Below are positions 9,257 through 19,484 of a stretch of DNA of 64,000 nt, piece after piece. The stretch is from an uncultured delta proteobacterium (GTDB taxonomy: Bacteria; Desulfobacterota; Syntrophorhabdia; Syntrophorhabdales; WCHB1-27), in the NCBI GenBank assembly GCA_963810935.1, contig CAWEPK010000005.1, positions 64,001-128,000 on the forward strand, in the 5' to 3' direction. Each line of letters opens with the position of its first letter. The stretch's first letter is position 1. Position numbers and translations under genes: made by a program. Below the pieces are notes generated by a model that saw nothing but the letters and a program-made list of their open reading frames with translations, did not search any database and was not told the DNA's origin.

Positions 9257-11106
9257 TGCTTTACAGTCTTCTTGATGCCGTCCTTGTCCAGGCCGGTCTC
9301 CTGCCGCAGCGCCTTCTGCGACGCATGGCCCAGGAAACGGTCCGGCAGGCCGGTCCGCCTGACGGGCATCACTACGCCTTCTTCGGAGAGCGCTTCCATG
9401 ACTCCGCTTCCGAAGCCGCCTATTGCCGCATTCTCCTCGAACGTAGCTATCCGCCCGACGGTACGGCCCAGGCGGGCAAGCATCTGTCTGTCCATCGGCT
9501 TGGCGAACCTTCCGTTGACGACTGCGCAGTCGATCTTGTCTTCAGCTTCCAGCTCGGCCGCCGCTTCCAGGCAGGTATAGACGACCGGTCCGCACCCGAT
9601 CAGCGCTATATCTTTCCCCTCCCGCAGAAGCTCCCAGCTACCCATCGGTATCTCGCCGGGGTCGCCCTCCGTCGCAAGGCCCCTCGCCTCCCCTCTCGGA
9701 TAACGTATGGCCACTGTCGTCTCGTAACGGGCGGCGGAGAAGAGCATGTCCCTCAGCTCTCTTTCGTCCTTGGGACACATGATCACCATGTTCGGGATAT
9801 GGCGCAGGTAGGAGATATCGAAGCTGCCGTGGTGGGTCGCCCCGTCCGCCCCTACGATGCCGCTCCTGTCTATGGCGAAGACGACCGGAAGCTGCTGGAG
9901 ACAGACGTCCTCGATTATCTGGTCGAAACCCCTCTGGAGGAACGTCGAGTACATGGCGACGAAGGGCCTCATCCCGCCGAGCGCCATGGCGGCCGCAAAG
10001 GTAACGCCGTGCGCCTCCGCTATGCCTATATCGTAAAAACGGCCTGGAAAGATCTTCGAGAATTTTTCGAGGCCCGTGCCCAGCCCCATAGCGGCAGTGA
10101 TGGCTATTATCCTTTCGTCCTCCGACGCGAGCCGGATGAGCGTCTCGCCGAAGACGTCCGTATAGGTCATCTTGCCGTTATTCATCGCCTCGCCGCTTTC
10201 GAGGTTGAACTGGGAGATGCCGTGAAAGCGCGCAGGGTCCTTCTCGGCGGGCCCGTACCCCTTCCCTTTCTTCGTTACTACATGGACCAGTATCGGACCT
10301 TTGAGCTTTTTGACGTTTGCGAGGTTGAGGATCAGGTGGTTCAGGTTGTGGCCGTCCACCGGACCGACATACTGAAAACCCGACTCTTCGAAGAGCAAGC
10401 CCGGGGTCACGAGACCCTTAACCGCTTCCTCAAAATAACGGGCGGCCTTGTAAACCTTGTCGCCGAAGGCGGGCAGGTTGCGGATCGTCTGCTTGATGTC
10501 TTCTCTGAGGCCGCTCATGAACTCGCCCGTCATAATCCTGTTAAGGTGGGCGGAGAGGGCGCCGACGTTCTTGGAGATCGACATCTCGTTATCGTTCAGG
10601 ATGACGATAACGTCGCTCTTCAGGTGTCCCGCGTGGTTCAGCGCCTCGAAGGACATGCCCCCGGTGAGGGAGCCGTCGCCTATAACGGCCAGGATGCGGC
10701 AGTCTTTCTTCCACTTCTTCTTCGCCTCGGCAAGCCCCGTCGCAATCGATATGGAGTTGGATGCATGGCCCGTGTCGAAGGCGTCGTAAACGCTCTCCTT
10801 CCTGCACGGGAAGCCTGAAAGGCCGCCGCCCTGCCTGATAGTCCCGAAGCGGTCCTTCCTCTCCGTAATGATCTTGTGCGTGTAGCACTGGTGTCCCACG
10901 TCCCAGACGATCCTGTCTTCCGGCGTGTTGAAGACGTAGTGGAGCGCAAGGGTTAACTCGACGACGCCCAGGTTCGACGAAACATGGCCGCCGGTTTTCG
11001 AGATGGTGCGGATGATCAGCTCCCGGATCTCGTCAGCGAGGACCTGAAGCTGGGCCGGTGTAAGCTCGCGTATATCCCGAGGGCTGTTGATTGTCTCAAG
11101 AAACAT
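9238..11106 (-). CDS. dxs: 1-deoxy-D-xylulose-5-phosphate synthase
   Basis: GGHVSSNLGVVEL, WDVGHQ, GDGSLTGG, LNDNEMSI, YSTFLQR. Confidence 0.96.
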   Translation of the reverse strand: MFLETINSPRDIRELTPAQLQVLADEIRELIIRTISKTGGHVSSNLGVVELTLALHYVFNTPEDRIVWDVGHQCYTHKIITERKDRFGTIRQGGGLSGFPCRKESVYDAFDTGHASNSISIATGLAEAKKKWKKDCRILAVIGDGSLTGGMSFEALNHAGHLKSDVIVILNDNEMSISKNVGALSAHLNRIMTGEFMSGLREDIKQTIRNLPAFGDKVYKAARYFEEAVKGLVTPGLLFEESGFQYVGPVDGHNLNHLILNLANVKKLKGPILVHVVTKKGKGYGPAEKDPARFHGISQFNLESGEAMNNGKMTYTDVFGETLIRLASEDERIIAITAAMGLGTGLEKFSKIFPGRFYDIGIAEAHGVTFAAAMALGGMRPFVAMYSTFLQRGFDQIIEDVCLQQLPVVFAIDRSGIVGADGATHHGSFDISYLRHIPNMVIMCPKDERELRDMLFSAARYETTVAIRYPRGEARGLATEGDPGEIPMGSWELLREGKDIALIGCGPVVYTCLEAAAELEAEDKIDCAVVNGRFAKPMDRQMLARLGRTVGRIATFEENAAIGGFGSGVMEALSEEGVVMPVRRTGLPDRFLGHASQKALRQETGLDKDGIKKTVKQWLSSE

Positions 11107-11985
11107 CTAAAAGGACCTGTTGCCTATAAAGTTTGCGATCTGCACGAGCATCTTTCCCTTGGGTCCGAGGAACGCGACCGATGTGACGGCCTTGTCGGTC
11201 AGCGCGTCTATTCGTGCCTTAGAGGCGGCGATGCCGTAATGCTTCACGTACGTCTGCTTATCTCCGTCCTTTTTGAGCTTCTTCCCGACCTCCGCTTCCT
11301 TACCCTCCACGTCGAGCAGGTCGTCCTTGATCTGGAAGGCCAGACCGATCGAGTCGCCGAAAGTCGCAAAATTGCTGAGGGCGCGCCCTCTCGCATTGCC
11401 GACGATCGCACCGGTCAGCACCGATGCCCTGATAATCGCGCTCGTTTTGTTGCGATGGATGAAATTAACGATCTTTTTCGTCCCCGCCTTGTTTTCGTAA
11501 ATGACGTCCATCACCTGGCCAGCTACCATCCCTTCGGCGCCCGCTGCTGCCGCTACTTCGTAAATCACCCTTTGGACAACGCCCGGCGCTGCGGCCTTTC
11601 CCGGCGAGGCCATGACCCGGAACGCCTCGGTGAGCAGCGCATCCCCGGCGAGGAGTGCGACCGCCTCCCCGAATACCTTGTGGCACGTGGGTCTTCCCCG
11701 TCTCATAGCATCGTCGTCCATGCACGGCAAATCATCGTGGATGAGTGAATAGGTATGTATCATCTCGATGGCCGCGGCAAAAGGCAGGACTGCGGCCGCG
11801 TCACCGTCCATCGCCTCACAGGCAGCTATGGCAAGGCAGGGCCTGATCCTCTTACCGTCCGAAAAGAGGCTGTACTCCATCGCTTCGGTGATCGCCCTTG
11901 AGGAAGCCGGATAGGCCGAAAAAATCTGCCTCAGCTCCTTCTCGACGAGCGCCCTTTTCTCCGCCAGAAAACGGGTCAGGTCCAC
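11107..11985 (-). CDS. ispA: Farnesyl-diphosphate synthase / polyprenyl synthetase
   Basis: GKRIRP, SLIHDDLPCMD, RRGRPT, FQIKDDLLD. Confidence 0.92.
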   Translation of the reverse strand: MDLTRFLAEKRALVEKELRQIFSAYPASSRAITEAMEYSLFSDGKRIRPCLAIAACEAMDGDAAAVLPFAAAIEMIHTYSLIHDDLPCMDDDAMRRGRPTCHKVFGEAVALLAGDALLTEAFRVMASPGKAAAPGVVQRVIYEVAAAAGAEGMVAGQVMDVIYENKAGTKKIVNFIHRNKTSAIIRASVLTGAIVGNARGRALSNFATFGDSIGLAFQIKDDLLDVEGKEAEVGKKLKKDGDKQTYVKHYGIAASKARIDALTDKAVTSVAFLGPKGKMLVQIANFIGNRSF

Positions 11986-12206
11986 TATGGCTCTTCCTGT
12001 AAGAAAGGTCTTTTCTCCAGCGTGCCGTCTTCCTTTTTGACGAGGATCTCTACCTTGTGTTCTATGTCGTCGAGCGTCTTGGAAAGCTTTTTGGTAAGGC
12101 CCACGCCTTCCTCGAAAAGACGCAACGCCTCGTCGAGGGGTACCTTCCCCTCGTCGAGCGAGCTTACGATTTCCTCGAGCTTGCGCAGCCCGTCTTCGAA
12201 TTTCAT
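11985..12206 (-). CDS. xseB: Exodeoxyribonuclease VII small subunit
   Basis: MKFEDGLRKLEEIV...LDEALRLFEEG; upstream of ispA-dxs. Confidence 0.92.
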   Translation of the reverse strand: MKFEDGLRKLEEIVSSLDEGKVPLDEALRLFEEGVGLTKKLSKTLDDIEHKVEILVKKEDGTLEKRPFLQEEP

Positions 12207-12212
12207 CCCTAA

Positions 12213-12242
12213 ATTATAGAATCTTGGCGGACACTTTTTCAA
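12213..12242 (-). promoter_or_regulatory. Sigma70-type promoter of the xseB-ispA-dxs operon, probably leaderless
   Basis: TTGAAA-N18-TATAAT ending 6 nt before the xseB ATG. Confidence 0.6.
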
Positions 12243-12256
12243 GTACATTGGTTCGT

Positions 12257-12375
12257 TGGTCGCCGGAAGCCCTAACCCGGCGGGCTGCGTTCCCGCCAGG
12301 ACCGCGGGTGCGCGAAGGTGTAAATCCGCACTGTTAGGGGCTAAACGGCAGGTTTGCCCGCCGGCTTCGGCCCCG
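12257..12375. ncRNA. Unassigned, highly structured intergenic element (candidate small RNA)
   Basis: Several perfect or near-perfect stems (CCGGCGGGC/GCCCGCCGG, CCCTAAC/GTTAGGG, GTGCG/CGCAC); lies outside both flanking promoters. Confidence 0.4.
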
Positions 12376-12421
12376 GATATTATCTGTTGCCATGCCCGGC
12401 GCCTCCGGGGTAGAATGGAGC

Positions 12422-12808
12422 GTGACCGAAATCGGCATCAAGACGTCTAAAAGGATAGAGGCGCGGGACATCACGGATGAGGTGCGCCGCGCCCTGGAAG
12501 GCAAAGAAGGTCAGTACGTTCACCTCTTCTGCCTGCATACGACCTGCGGACTGACGATCAACGAGAACGCCGACCCGGCGGTGATGAAAGACGTGATCGA
12601 CGCACTGGGCAGGCTGGTGCCCGCCGACTATCCTTACAGGCACGGAGAAGGGAATTCGGACGCGCATATCAAGTCCTCCATGATGGGCTGCTCCCTCACT
12701 GTCCCGCTTTCAGCGGGCAGGCTCGTTCTCGGGACCTGGCAGGGGATTTATCTGATGGAGTTCGATGGCCCGCGCGAAAGAAGGGTCGCCCTGACGGTGG
12801 TCAGGTAA
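12422..12808 (+). CDS. yjbQ: YjbQ/UPF0047 family protein
   Basis: HTTCGLTINENADP, HGEGNSDAHIK, LGTWQGIY; TTGCCA-N18-TAGAAT just upstream of the GTG. Confidence 0.9.
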   Translation: MTEIGIKTSKRIEARDITDEVRRALEGKEGQYVHLFCLHTTCGLTINENADPAVMKDVIDALGRLVPADYPYRHGEGNSDAHIKSSMMGCSLTVPLSAGRLVLGTWQGIYLMEFDGPRERRVALTVVR

Positions 12809-12820
12809 CATGAGGAGTAT

Positions 12821-13297
12821 GTGATGAAATCGACGCAAAATCTCGCTCGATGCGCCGCCGTTGCGGCCCTGGCGGTCTTTTTTCTGGCCGGTACGCTCTT
12901 GGCGGCCACAGCCAAGGAGAACGTGCAAAAACCCAAAGAATTCGGCGTATATGTGAAGACGTCCAAAAAGCTCGTCAGGATAATGCCCAATATCGTATTC
13001 GACCAGGAGTCGATGCTTTATATCGAGACCAACAACCCTCCCCATTTCCCCCTGAAAGACATAAGGTATTTCATAATCTACGGGAAATACAACATGCAGG
13101 TCCTGACCGTAAACACGCTCCTGTTCGCCAATCAGTCGCCTCTGGGGATGGCCCGCTTCATCTTCGGGAAAGAAGCGGACGTGGACGTGAAAAAGGTGGG
13201 GGAAGACTTCTATTCCGTCAGGCCCAAAGGCCTCTTCGGGCGCGGCTACTACGCCATATGGATAGAAGATTCCGCTTGGGACTTTATCGTGGAATAA
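12821..13297 (+). CDS. Exported hypothetical protein
   Basis: GAGGAG RBS, N-terminal signal-peptide-like segment, host-like codon usage. Confidence 0.75.
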   Translation: MMKSTQNLARCAAVAALAVFFLAGTLLAATAKENVQKPKEFGVYVKTSKKLVRIMPNIVFDQESMLYIETNNPPHFPLKDIRYFIIYGKYNMQVLTVNTLLFANQSPLGMARFIFGKEADVDVKKVGEDFYSVRPKGLFGRGYYAIWIEDSAWDFIVE

Positions 13298-13357
13298 CAG
13301 TCGCGAGATTACCGTCCGGAGGCAAAACCGGCCTTTATTCCTGTGGGCAACCAGGCT

Positions 13358-14430
13358 ATGACCGTTGCGCCGAAAAGGATCTATGAGGCTCGATCTTCTG
13401 CGTCTGATCGGGGCAGCTATGGTGGTGTTTTACCATTATGCGTTTTTCATCCGATATGCCGCTGCCGGGAAGATAATAATACCTTATCCATGGCTGGCGG
13501 CCTATGCAAAATATGGATATCTCGGCGTAGACCTTTTTCTTTATAATCAGCGGTTTCGTCGTGTTTATGGGAACGGCGTCCATGGGCTCGCCGCAACGTT
13601 TTTTGATGGCCCGCATCGTTCGCCTGTACCCGGTGTTCCTGGTGTGCTGCTCCATAACTTTCCTCGTAACGGCCCTGATCGGCGCTCCCTACTATGCTGT
13701 AACATTTCGGCAGTTTATAGCCAACTTAACGATGCTGAGCGGTTTTTTCGGTGTTGACGCTATAGACGGCGTATACTGGACTTTGTTCATAGTCATACAA
13801 TTCTACTTCATAGTGTTTGTGATGTTGGCGCTTCGTATCGGACGATATTGGGAAGCTTTTCTCGGCCTCTGTCTCCCCATATTATTGATTTTGATAATTT
13901 CGCATGTGAAGTGGGTGAACGGTTCCGCTGCAATCTACTACGCTCCCCACCTCGTTGTCGGAGCCATGTGTTATGTCATTTACGATCGGGGCATCAACTG
14001 GTACCGTGCTCTTGTTACGGGTTTTGCCGCGATTTGCGCTGTCCTCGTAGCTGTGCGTCAAACCTCCTGGCTGTCGTCTCACTTTGCCGTGCCGTTTAGC
14101 CCGGCGATATCGGCGATTATCGTGGCTTCTTTCGTTATGATTGTTTTCTTCATTTCCGTCAGCAGGGCCAAATGGTTGTCTTCACCTAAATGGCTGCTGC
14201 TGGGCGGCATTACGTATCCGCTTTATTTGATACATGCAAAAGTGGGCTCCATACTTTTTTATATCCTCTCTCCCTATCTGAATATTCATCTGCTTTTGTG
14301 GGCCATTATCCTGGCGGTGTTGCTTTTTGCATACTCCATCCATATGCTTGAACGAAAGTATTTGAATCCCTACAAGAGTCGCGGAATGCGGTCTGCCGAG
14401 CCGGTCCGTAAAGTACGGACAGCGGCTTAA
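13358..14430 (+). CDS. Acyltransferase-3 (OafA-like) membrane protein with two apparent frameshifts near 13388 and 13540
   Basis: RIYE/LDLLR, VVFYHY, GYLGVDLF, RIVRLYP, GVYWTL, TYPLYLIH motifs across three frames. Confidence 0.8.
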
Positions 14431-14467
14431 GCGGTGCATCTCTCTACATCTGCTATGGGCGGATCGA

Positions 14468-16207
14468 TCAGATATTTGACGGATCGGGCGGCCCCTGCGT
14501 TCCTTCCCTGTCGAAGAAATGGAGGGAACATGAGTCGGGTAGAAAAAGACCGTATTCTCTCAGGTTTCTGGCCAAAAGAACTTTTTCCGAGGGCTCCAGG
14601 GCAAAAAACCCTATTTTCGTATTTCCGAAGCCGGTAACCCTCGGCATTTGCATCTCCGCTACCTTTATCCACGCCGCCGGTATCACGTCCCCAATCTCAC
14701 TCCACTCTGTTTGCAGGATCGCGATCCTAGCCGCTTTGGATTTCGCCCATCGAAATACTTCATCTTTCGAGAAGCCGCCGGGCCGCCCCCTCAAGGCCAG
14801 GGGCTCCAGGCTGGCGAGCCCGTAAACATCCAGAATGCGGCAGTCCGAGTAAAATGAGACGGCCCCGATGTCATTGACCGCAATGGTGGAGCCGCTGTAG
14901 TAGCGGTCGGCAAACCTTGCCGCGAAAACGTGCTCGACAAACCTGTCGTGCATGGCCCTTGGAGGATGGAGAAGCGATTTGACGCTCAGCTCCGCAAACG
15001 GCCATAAGATCATCGCAGCCGCAAGCGCGGCCGCAAAGTAATGGGAAGGAGAACGTCTACAGAGCATCGAGATTGACTCACGTATCCGGGGCAGCAAATA
15101 ACAGCCCGAAATCATGGCTGTCTCTATGCCCAGCACGACGATATATGCTTCATACCTGAAAGGCCATATACCGGCCAGGCTAAATTGTACATGGAACAGC
15201 AATAGAAAAAGGAAGATAAGATTCAGCCACCGTATGCGGACGCTCGATGCGTCTTCTCCGGCGGCGGAGAATATGAGGCTGCATACACTCATTAACGCAA
15301 GCATAAGCATGTGGGGATTGCTTTCCAGCTTGTCTATGCCCGAAAAAAGAAACTTGACCATTGCTTTCGAAGAGAGCGTGCCTGGCATGGGGCTTTTGAG
15401 CAGGATGGAATTGGGAAAAAAATACCACCCCTTGGCTACCGACACGAGGCCGTACGCCACGATCGGCGCCATGCCCAGACACAACATAGCCACGGCTGGA
15501 ACGTATCTCTTTTTGGCCGCCATTACTATGCTTACAATCAAAACCAGCGCTGCCCCTTCGGGTCGAGCCGCTGTAATAAGAGGCGAGCAAAGGAGTAACA
15601 AGACCGCGGTCCTCGTCGGTTTTCTCTCGTCGTTCGAAAGGATGTTCATCGCCAGCATCAAACAGGATACGGACAGAAGGATTTGCAGAATATGCTCCAT
15701 GCCCGACATAACCAGCGAGGGCAGGCCGGCAGCCAGAGTCACCGAAATGAGAGTTCCGAAAAGAATAAAAGGTGACTCGACATAATTCCTCAGGAAGATA
15801 AAAGAGACGAACAGGACCAGACTTCCCAGAATGATGTTAAGCACAAGGGGTGCGAGCTCGTTGCCGCCCGAAAGATAACCGGCCGGCGCCAACACAAGGG
15901 GCCATAATATGGAAGTGCCTGAAGAGGAAAAGGCATACCGCGTAACACCCCATACGCCGTACCGGGCTAAATTCTTTGCTATGGCCAGATTGATATACGT
16001 ATCATCGAGGGAGTAGACCAACTCACCCCGGTTTTGGGAGACAGATACGGCAAGGATAATGAAAACGGCCAACCAGAAAAGAGGTATTGTCGCGAGTAAC
16101 GGCCAGTACTTCTTCAGCAATTTCCTTCCCCGGTGACTCCCGCTTGCGTAACCATATGAGCGGTTCCCCAATGAGCCTCCTGAGGGCACGAGGTCCATGT
16201 CTGTCAA
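14468..16207 (-). CDS. Multi-pass membrane protein, GT-C glycosyltransferase-like
   Basis: LDDTYI-x3-A, S-TSILW, SGME, RPEG, DIGA-x-Y and D-x-GL motifs; many hydrophobic helices. Confidence 0.6.
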   Translation of the reverse strand: MTDMDLVPSGGSLGNRSYGYASGSHRGRKLLKKYWPLLATIPLFWLAVFIILAVSVSQNRGELVYSLDDTYINLAIAKNLARYGVWGVTRYAFSSSGTSILWPLVLAPAGYLSGGNELAPLVLNIILGSLVLFVSFIFLRNYVESPFILFGTLISVTLAAGLPSLVMSGMEHILQILLSVSCLMLAMNILSNDERKPTRTAVLLLLCSPLITAARPEGAALVLIVSIVMAAKKRYVPAVAMLCLGMAPIVAYGLVSVAKGWYFFPNSILLKSPMPGTLSSKAMVKFLFSGIDKLESNPHMLMLALMSVCSLIFSAAGEDASSVRIRWLNLIFLFLLLFHVQFSLAGIWPFRYEAYIVVLGIETAMISGCYLLPRIRESISMLCRRSPSHYFAAALAAAMILWPFAELSVKSLLHPPRAMHDRFVEHVFAARFADRYYSGSTIAVNDIGAVSFYSDCRILDVYGLASLEPLALRGRPGGFSKDEVFRWAKSKAARIAILQTEWSEIGDVIPAAWIKVAEMQMPRVTGFGNTKIGFFALEPSEKVLLARNLREYGLFLPDSCSLHFFDREGTQGPPDPSNI

Positions 16208-16781
16208 AACGTACTCCTGGGATAGCGGCCCCCGGAAGGCAACATCCGATCTTTAGAGCAGACACGAGGTAGGCGCCGTGGACAGTTTAGCATCACGGTC
16301 GGTCGGATTCTACAATTTTTCGCTCTTCTCGAAAGATATTTGACACTACCTCCAAGGACAGCCCTTTACCTGTTTTTGGATGCAGAAAACTCATATCTAC
16401 TATACAAAAACAGGATAGACCGACGCCCTGCTAACCTTTTGACAAGCACACTGGTTTTGAAGAGCATAAAACACCGAAAACGAAGTTCTCACAAAACCCG
16501 CACAATTCCTCACAATCCGTTCATTATGAGTGAATGGTTTTCCGGTTTTCCTTTATCGATAGGAATCGGTGATAAATGGTTGTATTCGAAGCGGGATGGG
16601 CATAAGGCAGCCATAAAACCCCAGAAGTCAAACAGTACTGAAACGACTCACGGCCGAGGGTCGACGAAAACTTTTGTGATAGGGCACGCGTCAGAATGTC
16701 TTGTGCTTCAAGACAAACCAATCCATTCGACAAGATTCTGTCTTGAGGTACAAGACGTTTATGCTCAATTTAGCGAATGAG

Positions 16782-17155
16782 TCAGCCTATGTTGTTTGCC
16801 AAAGATCCCAGCATAGACACCATCTCTCCTTGCCACTCTTTCAAAAGTTCTTCGCCTTTCTTCGTCAACCTCCAACAAGGTTTTTTGTTTATCTCCTCCC
16901 GTTTAACAATGTCCATTTCACGATATCTTCCGAGTTCCTCAGCAAGGCCAGACCCAATCGACCAAGCAACGTAGAATGTCGGAATCTCCTTATTCGCTTT
17001 CTGCCAATTCTCTGCCAGTTTCCTCTGACATCTCGTCTGAACAAACCCCACTATTGTTGTGAATTGTGTAAAGAAGCAGCCACTCAGACGCCCTGAATAC
17101 GCCTCGTTGTAGGGTTTCGGAAGCTTTCCCTTACCGCAGCCTCTTGCATCGCCAT
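16782..17155 (-). CDS. Small winged-helix-like protein (apparently frameshifted), partner of the HD gene
   Basis: AGGAGG RBS and ATG at ~17155 immediately after the HD stop; C-terminal WRLTKKGEELL motif in ORF 16782-17051. Confidence 0.45.
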
Positions 17156-17178
17156 GGAACCCTCCTATGTTCTTGTGC

Positions 17179-18849
17179 CTACCTATGTTTCTCTTTGCTT
17201 CTAAGCAAATCTTGTGCCCAAAGTTGTTTCATATGATCCTTGATTCGAGTTCTATTGTCAGCTATGATCGCCTGCCACTCTGATGATGCGGGTTTTTTCT
17301 TCCTAACGACAAAAAGGAACAGTTGCATATCATTACCCCAGGCATCCTGCAATTGTTTTACGCTCTCCGATAGGTCTGACAATGGAACTGCACGTTTATT
17401 GTTATCGATCAAGCAAGTCAAAGTCTTAAATTCCGTTCTTACCAGACGTGATGCTTCTCCAGATATCATCGCCGTTTCCTCATACCGTATGGCCGAGTAG
17501 CTCTTGAATTTGCCCCTATCAGTTTCGAGAATAAACTGCTCGTCAGTGAAAAGGACTTCCTTCAGGCGATGTTCGTCCCTAATAACGAGATGTTCATTCG
17601 CCTTTTCGACATAATCGTTGAGCAGCGGCCTTCTTGAGGACAAATTATCCCCATATACACCCTCACTTCTTATCAAAACCTTTAGTTCTTCATCGAAGGC
17701 ACGGTACTCACTTATGTTTTTGAAGACCGCTTTAGCGTACTTTTCCCTAAAAAGAACTATCCGAAGAAGTGGACATAATATTTCGAAATCATTTTTGAAT
17801 TCCTCATCGGTTTGCTGGCAGATGCGAAACGCCTCCCTCAGCTTCGACGTGAGAACGTCATCGTTGAAAGGAAGTTCATCTATGATATATCTGCTATAGT
17901 GAAAGTCGTCAATCTTAAGCAAATTTCCCAGAGGATGGCCAGGCTGTTTCGAATGCCTTAGCAACCTCATGATGATCTGCTCCATAGCCGTATCCGTCAG
18001 CACCACGTGCGGATGGTAGTAAAGCCATTTGTACAACTTGTAACGCTCAAGAAAGAAGGCTTCGACCGTGCTAAGGGCAGACATGGAGGGCATTACTTGA
18101 TAGTATTTTCCCGCATTATCCCAAAATAAAACCATTGACTCCACGAGTCGAGTAAGGTCGTATTGGCCAAATCCAATTCCACTCGCAATGCCGTCCCTGA
18201 TGATGAAGTCAGCGCGATCAGCGTCCACGTCCGACGAAACAATGCCATGAATTGTAGCAAATACGTTCAAAGGTTGAGGGCCAAAAATGTTTAGCAACTT
18301 GTCCTTGTAGTCATAGCCACCTTTCAATAAAGGATCAAGCTCCGCGTTATCTCGTATCAGACAGAAGGTCGCAAATTCATGAATGGGTGGCGCTTTTCCA
18401 TCAGCCTTCTCTGCAAAGCGGTTGAAGGCAGGATCTTTGCTATACAAATCAACCCCATCCTCTCCTATAACCGTCTCGCTCAGGTGGGACAGAGGTAAAT
18501 GACCAAGGTCATGGAGCAAGCCGGACAACCTTACGAGTTGCAAGAACAGTTTTTTACTTTCCTCCAAGTCCTTTCCGCCAAGGGACTTCTGACAAAGCTC
18601 AAGGAAGTGAAGCCGATCATCCTTGTCTGACATCTCTATTGCATAGGATGCCATTTTGCCCGCTAATTCCATCGTTCCCAAACTGTGTACGAAGCGATCC
18701 ACATGGTGAGATGGATACGTGAAATATGCGGTTGAGCTTTGTTTGATGTTCTGAAGCCGAAGGAAGATTCTGGTGTTTATGATCTCTGTCTCAAGGGGGC
18801 TTAAGTGTATATAATTATGTACAGGGTCTCGAATTACTTTCTGGGCCAT
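17179..18849 (-). CDS. HD-domain phosphohydrolase, dNTP triphosphohydrolase (SAMHD1/YwfO-like) family
   Basis: IRDPVH, RLQNIKQ, RFVHSLG, LLHDLGHLPLSH, DADRADFIIRD, R-x2-LYKWLYYH. Confidence 0.85.
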   Translation of the reverse strand: MAQKVIRDPVHNYIHLSPLETEIINTRIFLRLQNIKQSSTAYFTYPSHHVDRFVHSLGTMELAGKMASYAIEMSDKDDRLHFLELCQKSLGGKDLEESKKLFLQLVRLSGLLHDLGHLPLSHLSETVIGEDGVDLYSKDPAFNRFAEKADGKAPPIHEFATFCLIRDNAELDPLLKGGYDYKDKLLNIFGPQPLNVFATIHGIVSSDVDADRADFIIRDGIASGIGFGQYDLTRLVESMVLFWDNAGKYYQVMPSMSALSTVEAFFLERYKLYKWLYYHPHVVLTDTAMEQIIMRLLRHSKQPGHPLGNLLKIDDFHYSRYIIDELPFNDDVLTSKLREAFRICQQTDEEFKNDFEILCPLLRIVLFREKYAKAVFKNISEYRAFDEELKVLIRSEGVYGDNLSSRRPLLNDYVEKANEHLVIRDEHRLKEVLFTDEQFILETDRGKFKSYSAIRYEETAMISGEASRLVRTEFKTLTCLIDNNKRAVPLSDLSESVKQLQDAWGNDMQLFLFVVRKKKPASSEWQAIIADNRTRIKDHMKQLWAQDLLRSKEKHR

Positions 18850-19484
18850 AATAGCTTCATATCAATGTTGCGAGCAATTAAGAACGGCATCAGCAGGCAA
18901 GCACAAGGTACATGGGCCTCTCCGTTACATGCGTTGTCTTCTCCATTTGTTTTGCGCCGATGCCCATACCTGCACACTTTCTATTATACTTACCACACTG
19001 AAGCAGAAAACAAAACATTAAAAGTTGTTGTTTTTGCTGGCCACCGCCTGTCATGCTCTTAATTATCTTGATAATAAGCGCTTTTCCGCCTCTGGGATTC
19101 CTGAAACTCCGGCGCTATTCTTGAGCACAGTGGATCGCCCTGGTTTTCACGACAACTGGCTTATCATCCTAGGCAACATCAGTGGGTCTTTGCATACCAT
19201 GAAATCCCATTTCCCCAGCCGTCCCCAGTTGTTCACTACTATGGGCCTTAACCTGTGAATTTAAAAGGGTTTTGGAAAGACTGTATAGTGAAATGTATAG
19301 GAGGGGTAAGTATGAAGATCGCAGAGATTGACAAGAATAAAACAGAGAAAATCTTTATCAGCATTGAGGAATACCGGAGTCTCTATGCTATAAAAGCCCT
19401 CTTCCACAGGGACGGATAAAAAGGCTACCCTCTTTCTCTTAAGCGATGGATGCACATCGCAAACCAAGGAAAGGGAGGTAGCCA

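Noticed and set aside
12257..12375. Assignment as HDV-like ribozyme, glycine riboswitch or tmRNA piece
   Set aside because: Only fragments resemble each (GCTAA, GAAGGTGTAA, GGGGCCG...ACCA); required core motifs and topology do not match, so it is left unassigned
16340..16780. 146-aa ORF at the island's left edge
   Set aside because: TTG start, no RBS, no recognisable domain; likely spurious or decayed sequence
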